Source of the DNA: Candidatus Nomurabacteria bacterium
GTDB lineage: Bacteria; Patescibacteriota; Minisyncoccia; Phycocordibacterales; UBA918
Assembly (NCBI GenBank): GCA_020632095.1
Contig: JACKGF010000001.1
Coordinates: forward strand, 802,141 to 866,140
Direction of reading: 5' to 3'
DNA: 64,000 nucleotides
The notes beneath the pieces are model-generated. The model was not told where the DNA came from. It made no database searches and saw nothing but the letters and a program-made list of their open reading frames with translations. Below are positions 9,598 to 18,988 of this stretch, in pieces. A program made the translations under genes and the position numbers. Position 1 is the first letter of the stretch; each line of letters starts with the position of its first letter.

Positions 9598-10544
9598 TAT
9601 TCAGCGTATTTTGCTAGTACAGCCTTTACTCCAGCTAGGTTCTTGGTCCACTCAGTGCTTTTGTGATTAGTTAGCAAGACACTGATAGCTGGAATATTTT
9701 TCTTTGCCATCCAATTCACCATGTCTCCATTGATAGTATAAGCGTCAAATTTTGCATCAGCTGGATAGCCAGCTGCTGTAGCAAAGGCGGCAGCCATTTC
9801 AACAGAGTCTTTACTTGGAGTTGTGTCACAAGCTGACGGATAAACTTTTCCTTCTGCACTAAACCAGACTACGGCGGCGGTTGGTTTGTAGGTTTCTACG
9901 TAATTTTTAATAGCTTCGGCTTCTGGTTCAGAGAAGGCAGTTGAGCCACCACTGACTGTTTCGTTCTGCCATTTACTTGTAGCGCTCCAATCACAATCAA
10001 AGTTTCGGTTCAGGTCTACTTTGTTCGCATTAAACCTGCCGGCTGTTCGAATATCATCACTAACTGCTAAAGCATCAGATTCCTCAAATCTTCCAGTGGT
10101 ACCAACTGTCGCATCCAATCCGTCTGGGTTAGCAACTGGAATAATAGTAACTGTCACATCATCAGGGACAGCATCAGGGTTAGTATCTAGGTAATCAATT
10201 AGTTCGTAGGCTAATAGGCTAGTGTTCCATGAGTAGCCTCCATGGATACCACCAATGAATAATAGTTCGGTATCACCGCTACCAAAGTGATAGGCAGTTA
10301 TATCATTACCATCAACTGAGGAACCAATTACACTTTTGTCTCCACGAGCTTTGACAGTTTCTTCAATTTGTTCAGTATCGCTGGTGGTCGAGTTGTCTTC
10401 AATAACGGTTGAAGTGTCGGTACCATCTCCACTAGGAGTTTCAACCACCATCACTGTTGCATCGTTGGATTTACTCAACATAAAACCAACTGCACCAATT
10501 AGAATTAAGGCTAAAATAACAATCGTAATATTTTTTGTATTCAT
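9597..10544 (-). CDS. M14-like paralog 2, probably a pseudo-enzyme
   Basis: Same architecture and motifs as paralog 1 (GGIHGGYSW, NPDGLDA, VDLNRNF). The positions of the Glu and the later His zinc ligands are replaced (YSW, VWFSA). Confidence 0.45.
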   Translation of the reverse strand: MNTKNITIVILALILIGAVGFMLSKSNDATVMVVETPSGDGTDTSTVIEDNSTTSDTEQIEETVKARGDKSVIGSSVDGNDITAYHFGSGDTELLFIGGIHGGYSWNTSLLAYELIDYLDTNPDAVPDDVTVTIIPVANPDGLDATVGTTGRFEESDALAVSDDIRTAGRFNANKVDLNRNFDCDWSATSKWQNETVSGGSTAFSEPEAEAIKNYVETYKPTAAVVWFSAEGKVYPSACDTTPSKDSVEMAAAFATAAGYPADAKFDAYTINGDMVNWMAKKNIPAISVLLTNHKSTEWTKNLAGVKAVLAKYAE

Positions 10545-10636
10545 ATACTACTATTGTATTCCAGTTAACCAATGTTGGCCAATCTGGCTGAAAATATGGC
10601 TAGTATAAGGATGAATAGTTGTGTACTAAAGCGAAT

Positions 10637-10661
10637 CAAGGGCGGCCTGTGGCCGCCCTTG
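10637..10661. terminator. intrinsic terminator hairpin
   Basis: caagggcggcc-tgt-ggccgcccttg. Confidence 0.55.
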
Positions 10662-10678
10662 AATATGGTTCAGATTGA

Positions 10679-11427
10679 CTAACATCTTTCAAATAAACTT
10701 CTAGTTTCTGCAAAGATTTTTGGATTCACCTCGTATCCAATGTAGGTGCCACCTTCTCTAACGACTTCTCTTCCCAGTCTCCCAGAACCCATAAATGGTT
10801 CAAGGACAGTTTTGTTGGGCCCAAAGCCGTATTTATTGGTAAAGTATTGAACTAAGTCGATGGGAAATGGACAAGGATGGTTTGCTGAAGGAGTGTAGTC
10901 TGTGTATATAATATTACCTTCAGTTTTTTTGAACCTCACTTTTCTGGTGAATTCTAACAGTTGAAGTGTGTTGGAGTGAGTGTCGATTTTTGCTGTACAA
11001 TCACATTCCAATCCCCAGCTTGTTCAGGCAGTTCAATTCCGTCTGAATGTTTTATTACTACAAAACTTCTACTAGTTAATTTGAGGCTTACTGTTTCGGT
11101 AAAAATTTTCTGAAATAGTCTGGCTAGCTCTAAGTATTTTCCCTTAGTGAAGATTGTATCGCTTGCAAGGACTAAGACAGTTCCAGCGGGTGCTAGCACC
11201 CTCTCACATTCTTTAGCGACAGATTCCATCAGGGCTACGTAGGAGTTGATTGACTGTTGGTCAACAACTCCCTTGTATTTGATTCCGACGTTAAATGGTG
11301 GGTCAAGAATGATTGTGTCTACCGAGGAGTTCCGAATGCCGGACATGTCCTCTGATGACTGACAGTACAGTTCATAATTTACTGTTCCGTGTATGTTATC
11401 GTGGATTTTTCTTTTGCCTTCGATCAT
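10679..11427 (-). pseudogene. beta-class N4/N6 DNA methyltransferase split by a frameshift (ORFs 10954..11427 and 10679..11011)
   Basis: The upstream ORF carries motif IV (TIILDPPFNVG). The downstream ORF carries motif I (LEPFMGSGRLG) and HPCPFP. The two frames overlap by about 58 nt around a T5/A5 run at about 10986-10990. Confidence 0.6.
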
Positions 11428-11441
11428 TTTTTACTTTTTGT

Positions 11442-13883
11442 TTAAGTCCCTTGCACCGCCAACTCCGCTTCTGTAAAATCAGATTTTTTTAGATTTATGC
11501 TATCACCTCTTTGGATAGAGCCAGAAATTATCTTTTGTGCTACTTTTTCTTCGATTACATCTTGGATAACTCTCTGCATTGGGCGAGCTCCAAATTCAGG
11601 GCTATAGCCTTTTTCAACTAAAACACCAAGTAAGTCGGCACTAATATCCAAATCATAGCCCTTTTCTTTCACTCTTTCGTATAGACCACCCAACATCAGG
11701 CTGGCGACCTCGGTTTGTTGGCCAACATTTAATGGTTCAAAAATAATTGTACTGTCAAAACGGTTAATAAGTTCCGGTCTATAGGTACCATCTTTAATAA
11801 TACTGTCAATGATTTCTTGCGCTAGGTGGGAAAGTTCTTGGCGTTGCTGAACGGTGCGGAGAATCAATTGACTGCCGGCGTTTGAGGTGGCAATGATTAT
11901 GGTATTACGAGCGTTCACCTTTGTTCCTCTTGAGTCGGTGAACATTCCTTCGTCTAAGACCTGCAAGAAAATATCATGCACTGCTTGAGTAGCTTTTTCA
12001 AACTCATCTAGTAGGAGTACTGAGTAAGGGTGTTCGCGTAGCATGGTTGGCAGTTCTCCTGCTACAACTCCATCACCAATTAATTTTTCCAGAGCATCTG
12101 GTCCGCTGTATTCTGACATGTCGATTCTTTGCATCTTGCCTTCACCACCAAAGAAGACTTTAGCTAAAGCTTTAGCTGTCTCAGTTTTTCCGACTCCGGT
12201 TGGCCCCAAGAAAAGAAATGATCCAATTGGTTTTTCAGACGATTGGATGCCAGCTCTAGCGCGGCGCATAGTGCGAGCGATTGCATTTAAGGCAGCTTGC
12301 TGCCCGATTACTTGTTGGTGGAGTTTGTCTTCTAGGTGAAGAAGTAAATCTCGCTCATGGTCCTGAATCGGACCAGCCGGTACTCCAGTTTTTTCGCTAA
12401 CAATTTTATAAACATAGTCTTCCGTGATAATTGGAACAGCGTTCTGACTGGCTTTGGTGGCGATATCAACAAGAAGCTCGATTGCTTTGTCTGGCATCAC
12501 TCCCTCCACTATGTAACGGTCGGCGGAAAGGGTGATTGCGTTTAGTCCGGCGTAAGTGAAAATGGTGTGATATCGAGTTTCGTTTTGTAGCGCAACACCT
12601 TGAAGTACTCTAGTAGTAGCACTAAGATCAGGACTGTCGATTAATACTTCAGCAAAACGTCTGGCAAATCCACCAAGAGTCTCAAGGTATGTGTGATAGG
12701 CTCCGGGTGTATCAGTAGCGATGATTTGAAGTTGTGGTAGAGCCAAGTATTCATCAAGTAGTTCTGGTATAAAAACTCCCATCGATTCGGCCTCTCTAAT
12801 AAAAGTACTTAGGTTTTCAATCACAATTATAATATTGCCAGCAATAGTGGCTTCATCGAACATTTTTAGAATAGTTGTTTCTAATTCCTGCTTGTCATGA
12901 TGAGTAGCAAACAATCGATTGGTATCAAGCACGACCATTTGTTTTCCAGTGATAGCGGCTAAAGATTGACCAGTACGGATACGTCTTTGCACTTCCATTA
13001 CTAAATCAATCTTACCTACCCCAGCTTCACCAATAATAAGTACATTAGAGGCTTTGGCTCTAATTAGGGAGTTTTCAATTTCGACTATTTTTTCTGTGGC
13101 AAAAGTGCTATCTAAACTCATGGTGGAAAATACCGCACTAGTCCGAATATCTTTTGAAAATTTCTCAAGAAGATAAGCTGTACCATAGGCCCATTCACGT
13201 CCAATACCAGTGGTCCGTGAAAGATTGTCTTTACTCCACCAACGTAAAGCCCGCTTTTCTTGATGATAACTGCCAACTACCCATCGTAGTGAACCAAGAA
13301 ATATTTCTTCGTTTATACCGGCCTCTTTAATCATTGCCTTAAAACTAACGTCATGTATGAGTAGATATTTACCAAGTCCAATTAAGCTGAATATTTCCCT
13401 TTCAGGCATCACCACCATAGCAGTGGTTATTTTTTGACGAGGTGATCTAAGAAAATTATCAATTGTTTCTGGACTTAGTCCAGCTCTTAGTAAAGCAATA
13501 GAACCAAAAGTGGAAGAACAAAAAGTAAAGGCAACGTCGCTTGTGTCTTTTAATACAGCTTCAGCTACGTCGTAGGTTGCTCCATCGATAGATTCCTCTT
13601 CGAGACCAATTAAAGAATTCAAACCACGGAAAAAGTAACTATTATGATAGGAAAAAGTCAGCATTTGCTCAATCCATATAGCGGAAAAAATTAGAGCTAG
13701 ACCAGATAATGGTTGAAGATATTGACTATTGAAAATGTAAGCACTAGCAGCGACGCCAGCTCCACATAATGTAGCACTGGCAAAACAGATAGTACGCAGG
13801 GTTGAAAGTGAAGAACGACTCATTAGAGCAGTGAGACGTATAGCTGGTTGATATTTTTTGATGCTATCTTCGAGGGTATACAT
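11442..13883 (-). CDS. ClpA/ClpC-like AAA+ ATPase with an N-terminal membrane domain
   Basis: D2 is canonical (LFLGPTGVGKTETAKALA..., sensor and arginine finger). D1 reads GEAGVGKIDLV, so the Walker A Thr is replaced by Ile. The first ~130 aa hold two hydrophobic helices where the Clp_N domain would be. Confidence 0.8.
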   Translation of the reverse strand: MYTLEDSIKKYQPAIRLTALMSRSSLSTLRTICFASATLCGAGVAASAYIFNSQYLQPLSGLALIFSAIWIEQMLTFSYHNSYFFRGLNSLIGLEEESIDGATYDVAEAVLKDTSDVAFTFCSSTFGSIALLRAGLSPETIDNFLRSPRQKITTAMVVMPEREIFSLIGLGKYLLIHDVSFKAMIKEAGINEEIFLGSLRWVVGSYHQEKRALRWWSKDNLSRTTGIGREWAYGTAYLLEKFSKDIRTSAVFSTMSLDSTFATEKIVEIENSLIRAKASNVLIIGEAGVGKIDLVMEVQRRIRTGQSLAAITGKQMVVLDTNRLFATHHDKQELETTILKMFDEATIAGNIIIVIENLSTFIREAESMGVFIPELLDEYLALPQLQIIATDTPGAYHTYLETLGGFARRFAEVLIDSPDLSATTRVLQGVALQNETRYHTIFTYAGLNAITLSADRYIVEGVMPDKAIELLVDIATKASQNAVPIITEDYVYKIVSEKTGVPAGPIQDHERDLLLHLEDKLHQQVIGQQAALNAIARTMRRARAGIQSSEKPIGSFLFLGPTGVGKTETAKALAKVFFGGEGKMQRIDMSEYSGPDALEKLIGDGVVAGELPTMLREHPYSVLLLDEFEKATQAVHDIFLQVLDEGMFTDSRGTKVNARNTIIIATSNAGSQLILRTVQQRQELSHLAQEIIDSIIKDGTYRPELINRFDSTIIFEPLNVGQQTEVASLMLGGLYERVKEKGYDLDISADLLGVLVEKGYSPEFGARPMQRVIQDVIEEKVAQKIISGSIQRGDSINLKKSDFTEAELAVQGT

Positions 13884-13895
13884 ATATATGTAAGA

Positions 13896-14285
13896 TTAAG
13901 CTATCAAAAGGCTAATGCCAAAAACTAATAAAGCAATAATGACGGCTGGCGCAAATACCCAAAATACATATACAGCGAGTCCAGCTAAAACCGTAATCAA
14001 TAGTGCAATTAAACCAGCCGCTATTATCACGGTTCGCAACAACCCCCCAACAATACGGGAGATTATGTTAATAATAACGAATCCTGCCAGGTCCTCTAGA
14101 TTCCATTTTTCTCCACGATCTTCTACAATTCGTTTCCAAGGAGACAACCAAGTACGCATCAACTGAGGTAGAGAAAAGAAATTTACTACAAACCAGAGTA
14201 AGTTTAGCCAAACATGAAAAATTTCTAAGAAAGCCCGTGTGTAATGCCAGATAAAATAATGATGCATTATCGAAAGAAAGAGCAT
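13896..14285 (-). CDS. small integral membrane protein
   Basis: 129 aa with 3-4 hydrophobic segments. Confidence 0.4.
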   Translation of the reverse strand: MLFLSIMHHYFIWHYTRAFLEIFHVWLNLLWFVVNFFSLPQLMRTWLSPWKRIVEDRGEKWNLEDLAGFVIINIISRIVGGLLRTVIIAAGLIALLITVLAGLAVYVFWVFAPAVIIALLVFGISLLIA

Positions 14286-14450
14286 GATGGTTTTATTATA
14301 TCAGCTAACTTGTAGTATGGGCGAGTAGTGGTTGATAGTGTTCTAAAAAGTGACTACATTACGAGGTTTGTTTTGATGACACTAATTTTTTCTTGCTTTC
14401 AATAAAAAAAGTAGGTAAAAAGTAGATTGTAAGAACTGTATCCACAAATC

Positions 14451-14484
14451 AAAAGCCGCGCGAGCAAATGCTCGCGCGGCTTTT
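14451..14484. terminator. bidirectional intrinsic terminator
   Basis: aaaagccgcgcgagcaaatgctcgcgcggcttttg. Confidence 0.65.
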
Positions 14485-14499
14485 GATTTGTAACTGAGA

Positions 14500-14748
14500 T
14501 TATTCAGTAGCGTCATCATCACTGGCAACTGGAGCAGCTGCGTCATCTGATGCTCGTTGTACATTTGCTGCAGCAGGACCCTTTGGACCTTCTTCGATTT
14601 CAAATGATACAACATCACCTTCGTTAAGGTCGTCAAATGCGACATCAACTAGAGCTGAAGCATGGAAGAAAACGTCCTTTTCTCCATCAACTGGCTTGAT
14701 AAATCCGTAACCTTCGTCACGCTTTCTAATGATTGATCCTTTCATCAT
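14500..14748 (-). CDS. cspA: cold-shock protein (CspA family) with an acidic C-terminal tail
   Basis: MMKGSIIRKRDEGYGFIKPVDGEKDVFFHASAL, with the RNP1 and RNP2 motifs. Confidence 0.85.
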   Translation of the reverse strand: MMKGSIIRKRDEGYGFIKPVDGEKDVFFHASALVDVAFDDLNEGDVVSFEIEEGPKGPAAANVQRASDDAAAPVASDDDATE

Positions 14749-14928
14749 ATTATGAAAATTTACTTTATTTTTTAACTACAAAACATCACTTCACCTGATC
14801 CATCTTTGATCCTTCAAGAGGAGCTTCGTTTCGTGCTTGAATTAAAGCATATCTAAATATAAATACAAGCTACTAATTTTAACTATATATATGTATGAAT
14901 AGAATTTCTTAATAATATTTAAATTTAA

Positions 14929-15273
14929 TTACCTAGGTAAAAAATCGAAGTCGATAATCTTTAACTCAGTGTCAGGACCAACCCTGTCGCCGTAGTAACT
15001 TCGATATGTTTTATACATATCCTCTTCGCTCTCGTATCTTTCGTGACCAATCCAATCTCCATTTGTAAGTGTACCAAGTGTTTTAATTTTAATCTGGGTA
15101 ATTTGACCAGTACCAAATGTTTCTAAAGTTTCTTTATTAACAAAATCAATTTCATCCCCAACTTCCAGATTTTTGTCGTCAAATAGCCTCCAAGTAGAAG
15201 TTTTGGTACCAGCTAATATTTCACTACACAATTCAGGCTTAAATTTCAGCGTTTTCATTAAACTATTGTACAA
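14929..15273 (-). CDS. ASCH-domain (PUA-like) protein
   Basis: MKTLKFKPELCSEILAGTKTSTWR... is typical of ASCH. Confidence 0.5.
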   Translation of the reverse strand: MYNSLMKTLKFKPELCSEILAGTKTSTWRLFDDKNLEVGDEIDFVNKETLETFGTGQITQIKIKTLGTLTNGDWIGHERYESEEDMYKTYRSYYGDRVGPDTELKIIDFDFLPR

Positions 15274-15371
15274 AATATACCTATTTTATAAAGCGTTAGA
15301 GTAATTAAATATTAACATTAACCATAACACTCAATACCCAAACTCGAAGAATTTTTATAATCAGGTAGACT

Positions 15372-16178
15372 ATGTGTATGAAAATTTATTCTTGGAATGT
15401 GAATGGGATAAGAGCAGTTGAAAAAAAAGGTTTATTACAGCCATTCTTGGCCAAACATCAGCCAGATGTGCTTTGTCTTCAGGAAACTAAGGCTCAACCG
15501 GACCAGATTGACCTGAATTTAGACGGTTACGAGTTGTTTTGGCATTCAGCGGAGAAAAAAGGCTATTCTGGCACAGCCATTTTTACCAAACATGAACCAA
15601 TTGACGTGGTTAATGGCTTGCCGGAAGAGATTAAATCCAAGTATCAATTAACTGACAGTTATGGCGATACAACAATGGAGGGGCGAATTATGACTGCTGA
15701 ATTTGAGCCTTTTTATATCAGTACAGTTTATACTCCCAACGCCAAGGATGATTTGTCGCGAATTCCCATGCGCCAGCAGTGGGATCCGGCCTATTTACAA
15801 TATATGAGTGACTTGCAAAAAATTAAGCCAGTTATTTTTTGTGGTGATTTTAATGTCGCCCACACTGAACTCGATCTAGCTCGACCTAAGCAAAATATTG
15901 GTAAAAAAGGATTTACCTCTGAAGAAAGAGTTGGGATCGATAACATGCTAAAGCATGGATTTGTTGATACTTTGCGACACCTCAATCCAGACACACCCGA
16001 ACTCTACACTTGGTGGTCACACTTTGGCGGGGCGCGCGAACGAAATGTTGGTTGGCGGATTGATTATGTCATGGTGTCAGAAGCCTTAGTACCAGTTATA
16101 AAAAACGCCCGCATCCACCCAGAAGTATTAGGCTCCGACCACTGCCCTGTTTCGATTGAGCTTAGTGTTGAACTCTAG
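15372..16178 (+). CDS. xth: exodeoxyribonuclease III / AP endonuclease
   Basis: MKIYSWNVNGIRA...DVLCLQETK...GDFNVAHTELD...SDHCPV. Confidence 0.9.
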   Translation: MCMKIYSWNVNGIRAVEKKGLLQPFLAKHQPDVLCLQETKAQPDQIDLNLDGYELFWHSAEKKGYSGTAIFTKHEPIDVVNGLPEEIKSKYQLTDSYGDTTMEGRIMTAEFEPFYISTVYTPNAKDDLSRIPMRQQWDPAYLQYMSDLQKIKPVIFCGDFNVAHTELDLARPKQNIGKKGFTSEERVGIDNMLKHGFVDTLRHLNPDTPELYTWWSHFGGARERNVGWRIDYVMVSEALVPVIKNARIHPEVLGSDHCPVSIELSVEL

Positions 16179-16422
16179 ATTTTTACCAAAAAAATTTTGA
16201 GTTTAATTTTTTATTATTCAACAAACGCTAAGACAGCTTAGCTTAAAAGTGCTAGCTTCATTATTAAGTAGTGAAATAGGGCTGTAAATAAGATTAAACT
16301 GAAGTTCAGAGTAATCAAAAACTAACATAACTTACAAAAAATTAATTAGTAAAAAAATAAATTTTAGCTTTTTTATAAAAACACGAAACACAATTTAGTC
16401 AAATGAAATTGTAAAGGACAAG

Positions 16423-16441
16423 TTATCCACAGTTATACACA
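16423..16441 (+). promoter_or_regulatory. tandem DnaA-box-like motifs (TTATCCACA, TTATACACA) at the edge of a very AT-rich stretch
   Basis: A perfect DnaA-box consensus and a one-mismatch box lie adjacent to each other. An AT-rich tract of about 250 bp precedes them (16180-16420). Confidence 0.25.
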
Positions 16442-16845
16442 CCCCTGTCCTTTACACTGTCCTTTAGGATTAGTATATTAATGGTAGGCCCAGAAAGGGC
16501 GAGCAAGCTCTCCCAGAGAACTAACCAGAATCAATTTCCGATTAGTTCCCTGGAAGAGCTCCTTATAGAGTTCTTCCAAAATCCACAAATGAGTTACCTC
16601 CAAAATGATAGCAATATCATTAAACTCAAAACGTTCATAAAACATCCCACCCCCTTAGAAATCAGATCAAGCTCACATCCACAAGAGCGAGATCACAAAA
16701 TGATTTCTACAACAACGTAGAGCTCGGACACGGTTAGCTTCATCAGTAAGCGCCACCCATGACTATTTAGTCACTATAGCTCGCCAAAGGCCCGGAAAGT
16801 CGGCTGACAAGTATCACACTTGCCCATCGACTCCCCGGGCCTTTT

Positions 16846-16933
16846 TTTTGCATGAACAAAGGCCTGAAAGGCCTATTGTGAATGTATGTTGCTAGAAAAT
16901 AATGACTGAAAGGAGTATATTTTATGTATGCTG
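16846..16933 (+). repeat. direct repeat copy 1 (about 88 bp) with a 5' hairpin and an embedded SD-ATG
   Basis: tgaacaaaggcctgaaaggcctattgtgaatgtatgttgctagaaaataatgactgaaaggagtatattttatgtatgctgtgcacaag. Confidence 0.7.
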
Positions 16934-16966
16934 TGCACAAGATTTGTTTTGCCTTGAGCAAATTCT

Positions 16967-17055
16967 GACTCAAGGAACAAATGTCCGAAGGGCATATTGT
17001 GAAAATATGTTGCTAGAAAATAATGACTGAAAGGAGTATATTTTATGTATGCTTG
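16967..17055 (+). repeat. direct repeat copy 2 (121-bp period)
   Basis: It is identical over about 60 nt. Its hairpin has a different sequence (atgtcc-gaa-gggcat, against aggcct-gaa-aggcct in copy 1) but keeps the base-pairing. A 1-nt indel follows the ATG. Confidence 0.7.
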
Positions 17056-17306
17056 TGCACAAGGATCCGCCTCTTTCCTAGGGCGGATTCCTGGACGTGG
17101 AACAATGCTCCGCAAACTCTCTTCCTGGTAGGAAATAACCAAGTAAAATGTTTATATACACCTACCCCCCTAAACCGACCCTAATACAGTTTAGCCTTAC
17201 CAAGGAAGAGTCTAGGTAAAAACTACTTGGTCACCTGAATTGTCCAACCAAGGAAAGGTCTAGGCGAAATTACTAGTCGATTCAATCTCACTTTGTCACC
17301 CCCCAT

Positions 17307-17336
17307 AAGAAAACGGCTCAACTGAGCCGTTTTCTT
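17307..17336. terminator. bidirectional intrinsic terminator
   Basis: aagaaaacggctca-act-gagccgttttctt. Confidence 0.65.
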
Positions 17337-17346
17337 AACCTGTCCT

Positions 17347-18819
17347 TTATAATACCTTATGCTCTCTCGCGATGTCCTTTAGGGCTTCAGCTTCTTCTTC
17401 CGCTTGGCGACGTTTACCTGCCTCCGCCATTGTTTCTAGCTCTACTTCGGGCAATTTAAGTAATTCCAACGCCCTTTGCTCCATATACTCCTCAGTATTC
17501 TTGCTGGCATCATCCAAAGCTTCTTCCAACAGTGCGTGCAGTAGATATCCCAGCTTTTTACCAGGCTTTTCCCCAGAGATTTCCATAATTTTATCCCCAG
17601 AGATTTTAAGCATCTTAACTGAGATTGGGTCGCGTAAAGCTTCGTCCACCATCGCTTTGTATTTACGGAAGCGAAAAGGCTGTTCTTTTGGTCGACCGGT
17701 ACCGATACGGTCACAAACTCTCAGGTTTAATAAATTTTCTATCTGGTCCTCCCCTATTCTGGTAATGGTTCTCCGTACCGCTGAAAGTGTAATTTCGTCT
17801 GGGTCTGAGAAAAACATGTGCCATCGCACTAGGTTCACCACTTCTTCAATCATTTCGCGTGGCAGCTTCAGTCTCTCTAGAATAGATTTAGTCATCCGCG
17901 CGCCCACTACTTCATGACCAAAGAATGTGTACTTCTTATTCTTTCCACCAACTCTTCTGGTGGCTGGCTTTGCGATATCGTGAAATAAGGCGGCCAAACG
18001 TAGATTGAGAGAAAATTCTTTGTCGGCGGCTGCCTGCATGGTGCGTAGTAGGTGTTCATAGACATCAAATGCGTGGATTCCACCTTGTTCGCAACCAATT
18101 GAATCAGCAAATTCAGGGATAAATTGCTTCAGTAGACCTAACTTTTCTAGGAAGATAACCCCTTGCATTGGGGTAGAAGAATTAACGATCCTCAAAAACT
18201 CGGCCGCAATACGTTCAATAGAAATACGGCTCAATTGTTCACTGTTCTTTAAGATAGCAGCCATGGTCTTCCCTTCGATCATAAAGTCCAGTTCAGCCGC
18301 CAAGCGAACGGCCCGCATCATGCGTAAGGCATCTTCCGCAAAACGTTCGTCCGAGTCACCGACTGTTTGTAGTCGTTTTGCTCTGAGGTCGCTAATTCCC
18401 TCAAACAAATCAATTAATTCCGCTGTCGAGATACGATAGGCTAAGGCGTTGATGGTAAAATCACGACGCTTCAGGTCTTCTTCCAGTGAAACACCGAAAG
18501 TAACGTTGTCTGGGCGGCGAGCATCGCTGTATCCACTTTCGGAACGATAAGGAGTGACCTCAATTATCTTTAGTCGTTCATCTTCTGACTCAGTCTTGAT
18601 ACCAATAGTGCCAAAGTCATTGTTCGCATAATGCTCAGGAAAAAGCGCTTGAATATCACTCGGGTGTGCATTGGTGGTAATATCCCAATCCTTCGGAGTC
18701 TTACCTAAAATTAAGTCACGAGTACAACCGCCCACCAAATAGGCTTCAAAACCCTTACTTTCAAGCATATTTGCAACATGAAACACTTCGTCCGGAATAT
18801 CGGTAGTTTTGATAGACAT
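17347..18819 (-). CDS. cca: CCA-adding tRNA nucleotidyltransferase with an HD domain
   Basis: GGCTRDLILGKTPKDWDITT is the PolyA_pol head. It also has the HD motif (HDIAK) and a C-terminal extension. Confidence 0.85.
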   Translation of the reverse strand: MSIKTTDIPDEVFHVANMLESKGFEAYLVGGCTRDLILGKTPKDWDITTNAHPSDIQALFPEHYANNDFGTIGIKTESEDERLKIIEVTPYRSESGYSDARRPDNVTFGVSLEEDLKRRDFTINALAYRISTAELIDLFEGISDLRAKRLQTVGDSDERFAEDALRMMRAVRLAAELDFMIEGKTMAAILKNSEQLSRISIERIAAEFLRIVNSSTPMQGVIFLEKLGLLKQFIPEFADSIGCEQGGIHAFDVYEHLLRTMQAAADKEFSLNLRLAALFHDIAKPATRRVGGKNKKYTFFGHEVVGARMTKSILERLKLPREMIEEVVNLVRWHMFFSDPDEITLSAVRRTITRIGEDQIENLLNLRVCDRIGTGRPKEQPFRFRKYKAMVDEALRDPISVKMLKISGDKIMEISGEKPGKKLGYLLHALLEEALDDASKNTEEYMEQRALELLKLPEVELETMAEAGKRRQAEEEAEALKDIAREHKVL

Positions 18820-18915
18820 GACATTATTCTAGCAGAAATTACTGTTTGGGGTATGTTTATCTATAATTAGCGGTTGAATATTACCGAAAACAATAGTACA
18901 CTGCGACATACTAAT

Positions 18916-18988
18916 GCACCCGTGGCTTAATGGATATAGCACTTGTCTTCGGAACAAGGGGTTGGGGGTTCGAATCCCTCCGGGTGCA
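18916..18988 (+). tRNA. tRNA-Arg (anticodon TCG)
   Basis: The acceptor stem is GCACCCG/CGGGTGC. The anticodon stem is CTTGT/ACAAG with loop CTTCGGA. The T-loop is GTTCGAATC. A hairpin (18997-19020) follows. Confidence 0.85.

Noticed and set aside
16481-17142. ORFs 16481-16720 (+), 16767-16973 (-) and 16873-17142 (-) in the xth-cca spacer
   Set aside because: They are low-complexity with no RBS. The minus-strand ORFs read through the two 88-bp direct repeats in inconsistent frames. The region is better explained as non-coding repeat or structured DNA.
16180-17340. Chromosomal origin of replication (oriC)
   Set aside because: I found only two DnaA-box-like 9-mers, no dnaA gene nearby, and I cannot compute GC skew. 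I kept it only as a low-confidence regulatory annotation.
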